Made by a program: the position numbers and the translations under genes
Assembly: GCA_951406725.2 (NCBI GenBank)
Contig: OX597819.1
Location: 54,312,001-54,376,000 of the forward strand
Length of the DNA stretch: 64,000 nt
Source of the DNA: Octopus vulgaris
Lineage: Eukaryota
Direction of reading: 5' to 3'
The notes under the pieces: generated by a model
The model's input: the letters and a program-made list of their open reading frames with translations, nothing else
Told to the model about the DNA's origin: nothing
Database searches by the model: none
Part shown: positions 27,436 to 40,404 of the stretch, one piece after another
Layout of the letters: each line of letters begins with the position of its first letter
Position numbering within the stretch: the first letter of the stretch is position 1

Positions 27436-28025
27436 GCTGGTGACATGAGAAGTCTCTTCTTTGGTGAAGGGTAGATTGTATGGAGCTTGTGTACAAAGTG
27501 CAATGCTGCATTGTAGGGAGACATGAGGACTTAGTGCTGAGGATGTGCAAGTTTGGACAGAAATGAAGCAAGTATACTCTACTGTCTGAATAATGTTAAG
27601 ACACCTATATCTGACCTTCTGTTCATACTGTAAACTTTCATCACCTTGCACACTGCCAGTTGAGGGGTCCAGTCTTGCTAGTTACTCAGTGACCTTGCTG
27701 CTGCTGGGACCATATAAATAATGTTCAGTACACTCTGTAAAGTGGTTGGCATTAGGATGGGCATCCAACCCTAGAAACTGTGCCAAAGCAGACAGTTTGG
27801 TGCAGTCTTTTGACTTGCTAGTTACTATCAAACTGTCCAACCCATGCCAGAATGGAAAGAGGACATTAAATGATGATTATGATGAATGGTGCGGTATAAA
27901 CGAGTTGAGGAAAACTAAGTATAAGAGCAATCAGTCATACTGTGCAAGAATGGCGACCAGATGAGTTTGGACATGTAGTTTGGATGATAAAAGATGGGTA
28001 AAAAAGTGCCAGGAGATCCTAGTAG
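27280..28025 (+). pseudogene. RTE-clade LINE ORF C-terminal fragment, interrupted by a SINE and (TTA)n
   Basis: Translates to NSFCYIG..GCSASIVARVRTEWKKFRKL..VKGRLYGACVQSAML and later FGHV..DKRWVKKCQEI. Confidence 0.75.
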
Positions 28026-28700
28026 ATCTACTTCCAGAGAATTTTCTTAGTATTTGAGAGAATTAATTTTCTGTGTGCTTATTGTGTTTAATGCTCCTGC
28101 ACATCTGCTGTATACAAAGTCTACCTTCTCTATTATTGTACCTGTGATTTTACTATACTTCTTGTGAGTTCATAGTTTATACTTCATGGAATTCCTATCA
28201 TGCCCATTTCTGCATATCAAACAGGGCCATTTCCCTGATGGTAGCAGAGTCCTGTCTTCTTTCTTACTAATATGTTAATCTTTGCTACATTTGAGGTTAC
28301 AATTCCAGGTTTTGCCTCCATGTCTGGAATTTCTTCTAATTCTGCCACAGATTCAAGATATGAGAACTAGGTCAATAGCATACAGGAGTTCCTATGAACA
28401 ACTGGTTTCTGACTCCTCTGCTGTAGCTTGGAGGATTATGACAAATAGAAAGAAATGAAAACTGAGCCCTGGTGGACTCTTACCTGCATGCTAAATTTAT
28501 TGCTGTTCTTGTTGACTCTTACCTTGATGATGGCATCCCTGTATATGGCTTGTACTACCCTCATCTATTCCTAGCTTCTTTAGTGATCACCAGTTTACAA
28601 AGCATGGAATCCTGTAAAAAGGCTTTCTCTAGCACACTGGCAATGAATGCTAGGTACTCTGGCTTACTACTAGCTAAATACTTTTACTGCAGTCGTTTCA
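28026..28700 (-). pseudogene. RTE-clade LINE reverse transcriptase fragment
   Basis: Minus strand gives LEKAF, HQGSV, LFVIILQA and ELLYAIDLVLI, which are degenerate RT domain 3-5 motifs. Confidence 0.75.
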
Positions 28701-28768
28701 CTGGGATGACAGCATATATTTGATATGTATATGATATGTATTTTTTTATATATTTGCTCCCCACCTTC

Positions 28769-28812
<44 letters not shown>

Positions 28813-29230
28813 ATAAAGATATATCCCTGTGTCTATGTTTTATATAAAGATATGTTGCATAGGTGCGAAATTGCATTGATCTTTTGGCCAATAACTGATA
28901 AGGATTTGGCAACCTTCTCTGTCTGTTTTCCATTTGTTTGTGCATTTATTATATTCTTTTTAACTTACATATATCTTGTATTAAGATATATGTATATATA
29001 TTTTTCATAAAATCATATATCTTAGGTGTATGTATTTCCATCTAAAAATGTATATTGTCCATATATATGTATATATGTTTATGTGTGAGAGAGTGAGTGT
29101 GAATTAGATGCAATCTTGTGCTATGTGTGTATATGTTTAAGTTTTATTTATCCTGATGAACTCTTTTTAATTTAATGCATTTTAACATTTCCTCCTTTTC
29201 TCCCTCACTTCTTTCATATTACATTTTTAG

Positions 29231-29236
29231 GCTTCG
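29231..29236 (+). CDS. APBA: 6-nt microexon (Ala-Ser) in the PTB loop
   Basis: Pyrimidine-rich AG-free zone of about 88 nt with a ttttaac branch-like motif, then tttttAG | GCTTCG | GTGAGT. Phase 0/0. Confidence 0.75.
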
Positions 29237-30799
29237 GTGAGTTATCTCATTCTTCCTTTTTTGATATTGTCTGTACAATAGTTGTAAAACATCTCACCCA
29301 TATATTTAGTTACTACTTGCTATTTATTTCTTTACTCGCTGTAATTTAAGAAAGCAATATTCAGTATTTTTCATTTAAAGCTATTTGGATGTAGAAGAAT
29401 CTTCCTTTTTTTTTTCTTTTTTTTTTTTTGGAGAATACAGTTAATATTTATTTTAATATAATTAATAAAAATACAAAAAGAAAAAATTCAAATATATTTG
29501 CGTTGTAACTGATAACTTAGCATTACCTTGTTGGAATCCTGCCACCTTCAATTTTTATTATACTATAATATAAACACTACCTTTAAGTCTTCCAATATAT
29601 TTTGAAAATTTTAATTTGATTTTAAATTGACTCTGGACAGGAAAAAAAAAAGGAAGATATTCTTATCATTTAGAATCATTTCATTTGAGTCTCTGAATTA
29701 TTTGTTGTGTGTGTGTGAAATATTATTTCTGTTGAATTTTCACTTAGTCTTAATTAGTTGTTTGTAAATTTTAAGGTCATCTTAAAAATGCTTGAAACAA
29801 ACATTCCATTCCTGGTTTTAATTTTCCATCACTTTATACTTGTATAGTTGTTTGGAACATAAGATGCATTCTCTCCTCTGTTTAGATTCTGAATTTAAAG
29901 TTTTTACATTTATATACTTATGCACAAATCAGATGACTTTATGCATAAATCAGAAGTTGTGCTTATGCAAGAAATCAGTTGTTTTATACTTGTTGTAAAC
30001 ATATTGCATTCTTCTGAAATTACCATTTTGATATGTATTTCCTCAATACACTAAAATATTTTATTTTGCTAAATAAGTGAAGTGTTTAGGGTCATGTAAA
30101 AAATATTTCTATGGCAATTTTAGTGAAGGAAAGTTACTTTTTCTTTTCTATCAAACTCATATCTGTTTATACATCTGTAAGTATGAGTAACTGAAGTTTT
30201 ATCTGTTTATCATAACATTCAAACTGGAAACCTTCATATTGTGAAACACTACTAGTTGTTGATCTTTGTTATTTTTTCTCATTTATTCAGGAAATGCATT
30301 ATTGCTTATTCATTTTGTATGTGTGTGTGTAATGTATGTGTGTTCTGTTGTTTTTCTGGCTATATAATTTAAATTTATTACCAATACAGGAAAAAGCCTG
30401 TTTCTAACCCAGAAATATGGTTCTTTCATTGTATTTTATAAAGCACCAGCTAAGCGATCATGTGTGTATGTATTATGTATACATACTAATTTGTGTGTAT
30501 CTATGTATATTTTTCTGTGCAGAATTGAAGTCAGTTACTAGAAAAGTGACAAGGATTCTTTGAGTCAAGATACATCCTGCAATTTGTGAATATGAGAATG
30601 AGTTAATAAATGCATATATGTGGGTGTATATCTGGATGTGTGTGTATGTGTGTTTACTATATGTACATATAAGATTGTGTATATATGTTTATTCCAAGAA
30701 ATTTAAATGAAGAATCTTTAGAATGTTTTGCACATCTTCACTGTATCCACTAATTAATTGGATTTGAAGGGTGTGAGTGAGTTTGCTTTGTTCTAGCAC

Positions 30800-31270
30800 T
30801 TTTGGGCTTCTATTTTCTATTTCAAATCTGTTGTTTCATTATCCAATGCATCTATGATAATTACAGGAAGACATTTAGATCCAGGATACAAAAGTTGTAA
30901 GTTCTGCATCAGTTCCTCATTGATGATCTTTTCTACAACTTTAGATGAGACATTGATCTCTATGGGCAACTAACTTATAAATTATGATAGTTGTTCCCTG
31001 TCCCCTGAAACAGTGTGAGGTCTGTTGTTTTTGCATAAGTTTGTTGTTTTTATTGGATTGCTCCACAGTATTCCTTATTTTTAAAGGTGCGGATTCATGG
31101 GTCTGGTGTGCTTTTTGTATGAGCATCAAGACAATCCTTCATGTAATAGCATTGTAAATATTTTTGGCTACACTGTCATGTCTCATGAAAAGGTAGTGTG
31201 ACATTTTGAGGCAGTTGTTGATGTAGATTGTATCTTTCCTGCTGCAATGGGCACAATCGATGTGTCCTCT
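30800..31270 (-). pseudogene. Restriction-like-endonuclease non-LTR retrotransposon fragment (R4/NeSL-like C-terminus)
   Basis: Minus strand reads RCAHC..HINNC (CCHC-like), RHDSVAK, NRP, VSCP and LPVIIDALD, with frameshifts. Confidence 0.6.
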
Positions 31271-32193
31271 CATATGTATGTATATTTGCCCATCCATTCA
31301 CATACATACATTTTTTCTGTCTATATATTTAGCCTAAAATAGTAAATGCATTTTTATAGTATTTTCTTCACTTTTACTTGATACTTTTTAACTTTTAAGT
31401 AATAAATTTTGTAAACTATTACCAAGATTTGATGTTGTAGTATGATGAAAGAATTGGCTACTAATCTTTTATTTTATCTGTCTATAAGGCCTGTTGTCCT
31501 TAATTTTCATTTAGATAGCATTTCAATTTTTTTTATATGTGAGAATGTTTTATATAGTAAGAATGTGTCAAGTTTTGAAGTGTCTTCTTTACGGTCTTCT
31601 TTTGTCAGCATTATCTGTTCACTAAATATGTGTAGTCTTTATATTATTTTGCATGCATATATTCACATTTGAAATTTTTCAGCAAAACTAATTTTATTTA
31701 TTTGTTCAAAACTCTGGAATATCATCATGTTTTATTTATTTATTTATTTATTTATTTATTGGCACAAAAATGTCTTCACATCATTATCTCAGCGTCAAAA
31801 TCATGCACTTCATTTAAACAGCCTTTAATTAGCATAATTTCAGCATTCATATGGCACCAGTCTCATTATTTTCCTAAAATTCATTGTGATGTATTTTAGC
31901 TTTATTTATTTATTTTTTTTTGTTTGTTTTGCTTTTCTATTCACTTTGATCTCAGTGATTTTATGTATTTCATATATTGTAGTTCTAGAACATTATTTTA
32001 TTATAACTTTTTGTTTAAGCACAATGTCAGTATCTCACTTTTTAACTTATTTAAGAATAAGTGAGAAATTGAGAAATATATTGTCTGTCATTTAATGAAT
32101 TTTTATGTATATTTCATACTGATACATGTTTTTCATTCATATGATCCCCTTTGATTGAATAAATATCAAAGGTACTTGTTATATCTTCGCAAA

Positions 32194-33582
32194 CACTGGT
32201 CAACAAAAATAAACTATTTTTTCTTCAGAGATGCATCCAATTGCATCCTTGGCAGGAATTCTAAGTCTTTCTTTAGCATTTTTGGACTTTAACAGTTTCT
32301 TTTATCTCATTTTTTAAAAATATTTACAGTATTTTAAATAGCATTTTATGCAGAATTTGTATATCACTTGAACTGAAACAGCCTACAGTTGATTAATTCA
32401 AACATAATTAATTTTAACCTTACTTTTATATGGTAGATTCAATTAAATACACTACACATGTTTGTGGAGAATATACATTATAATGCCTCCATTCCAAAAT
32501 CCCTGCTATCAAGTTTCTATTACATAACTATATTGATGGAATCATTCTTCTTACTCTTTGCTAATGGCATCAAGATTTTCTTGAAAGAAATTTAATGAGA
32601 CTATTAGAAGTGTAAGGTGGTTGGTGTTAGAAAGGGCATTTAGTTGTAAAAACCTTGCCAAAGCAGACACTGAAGCCTGGTGCTGTCTTCTGCCTAACCA
32701 GCCCCTGTCAAACTATCCCGCCCATGCCAGAATGGAAAATGGATGTTAAATGATGATGATGATTACACCCATTTCTTTATAGGTGTCAAGGAGTTTCTCA
32801 ATCACACTGCTATATCCAGGGAATTTATTTCTCAGAAAGTTTTCATATAACCACTCAAAAGCTTTCCAAGCTGGTAATTCCAGTGTCTTGAGCATTTGTT
32901 CAAATTCAGTACTTTTTAAAACCCCATTGATCTGCAGCCCCACAAAAGTCCACTCTTTGCACTCACATTTGGAAATTTTCCTTGGAATGGTATTCAAATC
33001 CTTTTGAATTGATTTTACCCACTGTTTTTACAAAATCTTTCATTAAATTAAATATAATATGGATACATGGTAAAAATATCTTCTTGGGGTCAACTAAGAG
33101 GACAGACTTGAAACTGGTTATTCATGGGACACATGGTGACCTTATTGGCCAGTTGCATTTAACAATGATCTTTTGTTACATGACTCCATTGTCTGTGGCA
33201 AAGCATTGATTGTTTCTTAATTTTTTTTTTTTAATCATTCAAATAGTCCACATGATCAAACAGTGCAGATTTTAAGTGGTACCCACTGCTTTTCTTGGTC
33301 TCCTATACAGCAACCAAACTATATCTAGTATATATATAGATCTCTAGTGATAGTTTAACTGTGTTCTGGATGATTTTTACATTTATGAGGAATGTTGATT
33401 AAATGGTAATGGTCTGATTGACTATTCTAAAGAATAGAAAATATTTCAAAATATATCTGTAAAAAAATACAATTGGTCTAATCTCAAAAACTTTGTTCTT
33501 CTGAAAAACTGAAGATAGCTTCAAAAGTGCTTTCTGATTCACTTAAATATACTCCCCAATAGAAATTCTTTGTTGACCAGTG
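32194..33582 (-). mobile_element. Chapaev3-like (CMC) DNA transposon relic with transposase pseudogene
   Basis: TIRs cactggtcaacaaa / tttgttgaccagtg. Minus strand LVDPKKIFLPCIHIIFNLMKDFVK..FVGLQI..AWKAF..FLRNK resembles the LPPLHIKLGLMKxFVK..FVGPQI family. A SINE is inserted at ~32610-32763. No clean TSD. Confidence 0.7.
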
Positions 33583-35033
33583 TTTACTGTTGCAAATGCT
33601 TATAATCATCAAAGCCAATCATAATATATTCCTCTAACACTTATAATACTCTCTTTCTCTGTACTCTTTTTTTCAATCTATACACACACTTACAGATTAT
33701 CATTACAAGTGTTTTCAAGTGAACATGTTTCTAAAATTATTAACTACTTCATGACTAGTATTGGAAATATTCTAAACAAAGAAGCCTTAAATCTAAGATA
33801 TATATTTGTGAGGAACTTTCATACTCAAGTCAAAAATTCTCTTTTGCATTAACATTTTGTGAAATTTTACCAAGAATATGGTAAAATTGGTTTATCCTTT
33901 ATAATCCATAAATTTTCTCTAAGAGTCAATTCTATTACTATTTGGTAATTGATAGCCATATATATGTTCTTAAATTAAGTGTCCATTATTTATTAATGGA
34001 CCTCTTTTATTTTTTCAAAAGAGTTTTACCAAGGTTCTGTTCGCTGTTTAACTCTCAGTGTGACTTTTAAGATTCACATATTTTTAGAATATGTGGTACC
34101 TTTCTTAATTTCCTAATGTGTTGTTAGTTTTCTTCTTTTATTTCCCTTTATCATTTCACTCTTTAATACAACCCTTTTCATTACATGTTCTGCTCAATAC
34201 TGAGAGAAAAGAGCTTTTTGTTTCTTTTCTGTAATTGAACAGCATGACCTTTTCCCCTCCCTTCAATAATTCTGTAGTAGTATCATCACCATGGCATGTA
34301 TCTGGCAACCTAACCACATAGCCTAGTTTTGATTTCCATTTTGGAGATTTTCTTTTACTTACCATTGATATTGTTCTTGGAAAAGGCATGAGCATGACAA
34401 TTTTCTGTTTTCCATCTCCCACTAAATCTTAAATTTCATGCCTAATAATTTTTAGGAAAGTTGCATACTATTTTATCATTAGTATTTAGAAATCATTAGT
34501 TATAATTCTTAACTTAATGTCTTGTTGCATTTATTTATTTCTCTGTATGTAATGAATTCAATTCTCTTCAAGGTCAACTTCACTTTTCATCCCTTTGAGT
34601 TGATAAAATCTACTATGCTGCTTTCCTTAAAACTCTAGTCTTGCTGGAAATTTATAAACTACCACTAAAGGTTACTGAAAGCACTGGCTAATAGATTCTG
34701 TTGTGCGATAGATTAAATACTTTAAGGTATTTAATTGCATTCAATTATGTTCTGTGAAAGTGCAAGGCCTAGTGATTAGGGGTGAAAGTGCATGGCCTGG
34801 TGGTTAGGGTGTGTACTCAATCAAGTCCATGGTTTTGATTTTCTGACCAGGTGATGCATTTCATTTCACCTTGCTCCAGTCCACTCAGTTGTAAATGAGT
34901 TCAAACAATAGCTGAAAAGTTAACCCTGTGGTGGACCAGCATCTCATTCAGGGAGTGGTGGTGTTGTAATCTCGTGCATTTATAAGCCATGGGAAACTGG
35001 TTAAGCTCTGACTTTGAGTCATAGGGCTCACGA

Positions 35034-35065
<32 letters not shown>

Positions 35066-37539
35066 CGCCCCCCCCCATATGTTCTCAGTTCAAATTTCAT
35101 TTGATATAACATGTACTTGTCAAGTAGTGCATTTGACCTAATCTTCTATAACCTTAAAATTCATGGCCTTGTGCCTATATAAAAAGTCAAAATTATACAT
35201 AAAGAATAAAGAAATAATTGCTATCCTAAAGTTGTACTAGCACAAAAAGTTGAAGGCCATTATTTGTAGGTTTTGTAATATGTACAAGGCTTTTTACTTT
35301 TAATCAATTTTAAATATGGCTGAAATAAAATTCATTGTAAATTAAAAGTTTGTTATATTTAGTGTATGTTATACATAGGCACATTAACCACAGTACCTAA
35401 TGTAAAAAAAAAAAAAAAAATAACAGCTGCTCTGACTAAATGCAAAGAAAATATTGTTGAGTCTATTGACAAAACAGAAAAGACAGAGCACAATGGCTGT
35501 GATATTTAGATGTAAAATTATTGACTTCATAGTAATAGATTCAAACTTTACTGTCCAGTTTCCATTCCTTGTTGCTAATTTTATACAAAGCCCCTAACAA
35601 TACTTGGTTCCATTTACCTGGCTGTCAAAATAAGTATTGTTCCAACTTTGTTCAGTAGCAGAAAGTACATTTAAATATAAAATTAAATGTTCTCATAACA
35701 CTCATCTTATTGATATCAACAATATGATTAATATTAAAGAATAGGTTTTCAGTTTCACTTGAATTATGTTCTTGGTTAAGTTAAGGTGTGCAGCGAACCA
35801 ATGAATGGCTTGCTGGAAACCCGTTGGAAACCAATAACATTGTTGTTCACAAAATACAGTATGTAATAATAATAAAAATAGAAAATGTGAAGCACCATCA
35901 TCTCACTTAACTTATGTACACACACACTTGAGATTTGATATTTCCTCAAAAGTCATCTCTTATTAACTCGGCTGTTTTACTTCTCTAAACATATGCATAG
36001 GATGGTGAATTCTTTTGACAATGAGCATTCAGTGTTGTTTAATCAACTGCATTCTTATTTGTGAAATAAACTTGCAAGTGATAGAGTATTCCATAGACAT
36101 ATATATCGTTACTATAATTCTCATGTCAGATCAGCATGTTAGTCTATGACAAGGAGGATCTTTGAATTACATGTGCTGTCAGAGAAAGAGTGAAATTGAC
36201 AAAGAGAAATAAGAATCAGCTCAATATTGAATTATTACTTTTATTTATCAATATTGAAAGGATGAAAGGTAAAACTGATCTCAATAAGATTTTAACACAG
36301 AGAGCCAGAATGAATTGAACAAGGCAACCCAGCTAATGACATTCTTATGACTTTGATAATTTAAAACCTCAAACTGAGGATACAAATAGACAAATAAAGA
36401 GAAAGCAAAACAATTTTATAAGTTTCCCCTTATTAATACAGTTTGTAGTGGATGTCCTGTTTAGGCAACAGATTTTCAATGAATCTGTCTGTGACCAACT
36501 TTCCAGTTCTAATCAATATTGCTTTGCAAACACATTACTTTGCTTTCCAGTTCTGAAACCTTACAAATTTGACTCCTAAAACCTAAGTAATTATTACTGA
36601 CATTGTTTGCTAATATTTTTACTGTTGATCTCATTAAGTCTCATGCTTAAAAATTTGTTTTAAGCTTATTTCATGAATTCATAGTTTATCAGTTGACAAT
36701 AGAATCTTCATTAATTAAAGATGAAAATGTTAGGATCCTCATATTAAGTCTGTAAGTTTTTATGTCTTTTAATTAGGAAAGAAAATATACCCTGCTTCTT
36801 TATCTCAGTCATACATTCAAGAAACTAAATGAATGATGACAAATTTTTGTCAATTTGCTTCTTGCAAATCTTGTCTTTTCTTTCATATAATATTGCAGTT
36901 AAATGGTTTATTTTAATTTTTCATGTTATTAAACATTTCTTCTTTTTTTAAATTTGTTTATTACCTCAATATAAGCTTAGTTGGGTTCTGAGCTTTTTAG
37001 TTCTATCAATTATCCCTTCAGTTGTAGTAACAGATTATTTTTTTGTTTTATACCAACTATTAAATTGCAACTGCTTTTATTTGCATCAGAACTCAGTTAA
37101 ATATATTTTAGAGACATTCATATGAAGCTGCTTTGCAAAACTGTCGGACTATCAATATGTAATTTTTATGCATACAACTGATAATTCATTCTTCACTCAG
37201 AATACCTTCATAGACTATTAAAATAGTGATAAAATATACTATTTTAATAATTTATGTAACTCCTCCCACAAAAATAAATTATTTTCAAGGAATTTGTTAC
37301 TTTTCAAATTATTTTGTAATTCTGAATGCCTAGTAAGGTATGTATTAAATATTTGGGTTAGCAATTAAACAAACTATTAGCTAACCTATTGTTTTTCTTG
37401 AAACTGGGCTATCTTTTAGTTGATAGTTCAAATTGATTACCTGACCATGGGCATTCTGGTCTAGATGAGAAACATCAACTTTTGTCTATTATTACTGGTT
37501 ATTCTCTAGCCTATTATTCTCCTTCATTCTCCTGGCCAG

Positions 37540-37584
37540 GGTGGTGATAAAGAGCTATCTTCAGTGCCAGCTGAGAGTTATGAG
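37540..37584 (+). CDS. APBA: 45-nt cassette exon GGDKELSSVPAESYE
   Basis: ttctccttcattctcctggccAG | 45 nt open frame, GC-richer than flanks | GAG/GTAGGT. Phase 0/0. Confidence 0.65.
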
Positions 37585-38301
37585 GTAGGTATGCAGGCCT
37601 CTATGCCAACTACTACATCTATTTTTCAACTTTTGCTTTTACTGCTTTCTCTTTTATATTGTTGCAAATATAAATATATATATATATATTCCTCTCTCCA
37701 TATATATATATATATATCAGGCTGCTGAGTGGAGAAACGACTGAAAGCATTCAATTTACTATCACAGATAAAATGTCTTGTATTTTTATTTTTTATATCT
37801 GTTGCTTTGTTTCCATTTCTCCCCCAAATTATTTTATTTTTTGCTTGTCTTTTTCTTTTCTTTTATATGCTTGTAGTTTTCTACAGAACAAGTCTCTTCA
37901 CACCATAAAATTTAATATGACATTTTCAATTGTAAAATATCATATTAATCGAATTCTTGTTAAAAGTTGAGTTTAATTGATATAGAATTTTTATTAATAT
38001 AAATTGTATAGATTTATTTTCACGTCTAAATTGAAAATATTTTAAAATCCTCTAATCTTATCTGTTACACTTAGCAGCTGTCTTGATATCTTCAAGCTTC
38101 TTTGATATTAGATTTCTCTATTGGTTTTACTTCAAAATATGTGTTGTTTTATTGGTTTTTCATTTTTTTAAAAACTTTTCACAAGAGAAAGGGATTATGG
38201 CTATTTTTAGAACGATCAGATGATAGCAAGAATTAGTTTCTTAGTATTTTAAGTGCTTAAATAACAGAAACTAGTTTGTTTATATTTTTATAAATTACTA
38301 C

Positions 38302-38520
38302 TTAACCCTTTTGTTACCATATTTCTGTTGAGATGTTCTGTGTTTCTTTCAATTAATTTTAAATAAAACAAAGGATTTAGTAAAATAACTTAGTTATCAT
38401 TAAGCTAGTGTTAGGAACATAAATTATGGGTAAGGTTTGGTGGAAGATTTTAATTTAGAACTTTTGAAAACAAGACAGAGTCAGAGGCAGTTTTAGGCAA
38501 GTTGGTATCAAAAGGGTTAA
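38302..38520. mobile_element. piggyBac-type MITE
   Basis: TTAA | cccttttgttacca ... tggtatcaaaaggg | TTAA. Confidence 0.85.
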
Positions 38521-40356
38521 ATCTAAAAGATTTTGCTACAAAGTTCATTGATTTTAATATTTATGAATTACTGGGCAACGTATTGTTTTGTAATATTACT
38601 GATAATTACTGTTGTTTCTTTTTTGCCCTCTTTTCAGAACAGGCTTGCTTGGCACTGACATGGATTTCTTTTGCTTTCATGTCTAATGGCTTTTGACCAT
38701 CAAAGATTAATTTCTCATTTCTCTAAGTGTGAAGTTTGTTCAAGAGAATATATAGTTGAGATTTTTCAGTCAAGTTGGCCTGAATATTTTTATGGATTAA
38801 GTATTTCAAACAAGATAATATTTAACAATTTTAAATCCTAATAAAAGAAAGAAGATAGTAGTCTTGCTTCTGGACATTATTCTGTCTACACTAAATTCTT
38901 TCAAACAAATCATTCTAAAGAGAGTGCAATCTATTGTTATTTTTCTTAAGCTGTAAGTTTTTAAGATGGGCTATTGCATATGCAAAAGATTTCCTTTTAT
39001 TACTGTATTTTTTCTTGTCTGCAACCTCAAATATCTATATCTATGCTCCAATAAAAATTCCTTCAAACTATTTACTATGCGCTTTGAGGTTATGTTTTCA
39101 TAGAAAACTGAACTCTTATATGAACATATCAGCCACTTTTGTTTTCAACTTCTATTCTTCATAAATACTTCATAGTCTTTGTGTGTGTCTAAAAGTTTAT
39201 ATCTAAAAGTTTTTACTGCAAAGTTCATTGATTGACAATGCTGCCACAAACATAGTTTTGACAAAGTACTAGTCAGTTCAAATATTTACGAAAGAGAGTT
39301 TGATTGTGTGAAAGCTAATACAAATTATATACAATAGTTTCTAAAATTGAACACTGATCTAATTGATCTCAAAATAATTTCAAGTTCCATTTTTTTCTGA
39401 TGTTTTTCTTCCTAACATTTATGGCTATTCATAGTAACACATAATCTTTTCCTCAAGGATTTTCTGTCTCATTTTATGCTCTAATTTTATAGAATAGTGC
39501 TTTATGGAAATTTTACACAAACTACCAATAGCTTTTAATTAGTTTTGAGATTTTTTTTTCTTTTACTGTATTTTATATGATTGGAAAGAAAACTAATTAG
39601 GTTTTTACAAATGTTAATTAGTTTTTCTCATTTTTGTTTAAAGAAAAATGTTCCTAATTGTTTATTTTGGTTTCAGGATTTAAAAATTTCTCAACAAATT
39701 AGGCTGTGAGGTTATTTTCCTTAGAGCCACATTTGATTGGCTAGTTTTGTGTAACACTGGTTGCATAACAGTGCACACACAAACACACACACACAAACTA
39801 TATTAAATAATATATTAGTGTGAATATAACAAGGCATATTAAGTTTATGACATGAACAAGAGTTTGATTCATGGAAGAAACAGCCTTGCATTAAACAAAT
39901 TTGGTTTAGCTTTAGCAGTTTGTTGGGCTTTTACATTACTATGGTCTATTTTTATAAATATTTCACATCTGAGAAAAATAATTGTGTGTAAATTTTTGGA
40001 ATCTGGTTCCAACAAATAAGACATCTCACTGTTGATTATGAGGATTTTATTGGTAAAATTGAAACCTAGATTCATGTGACTTTCTCTTTTTTTTTTTTTG
40101 TCAAAGAGAATATCAGCTGTATCAGTTTTACAACTTGTCTTATAATTGAATATTGAAGATTCCTTATTAAATTTTAAAATCAGCTGAAAACTATAGGGTA
40201 AGAATCTTGGAATTTGGAGATAAGATCTACTGTTTAGAAGAATGATTAAGATTCAGAGATAGAAGAATGATTTGAGTAATGTAACCTCTGTTGGAAGCAT
40301 TTCTTTCTCTCTCAGAATAAAAAGTAAAATATGAGATGTCTGTGTGCATTGGTGTG

Positions 40357-40402
<46 letters not shown>

Positions 40403-40404
40403 CA

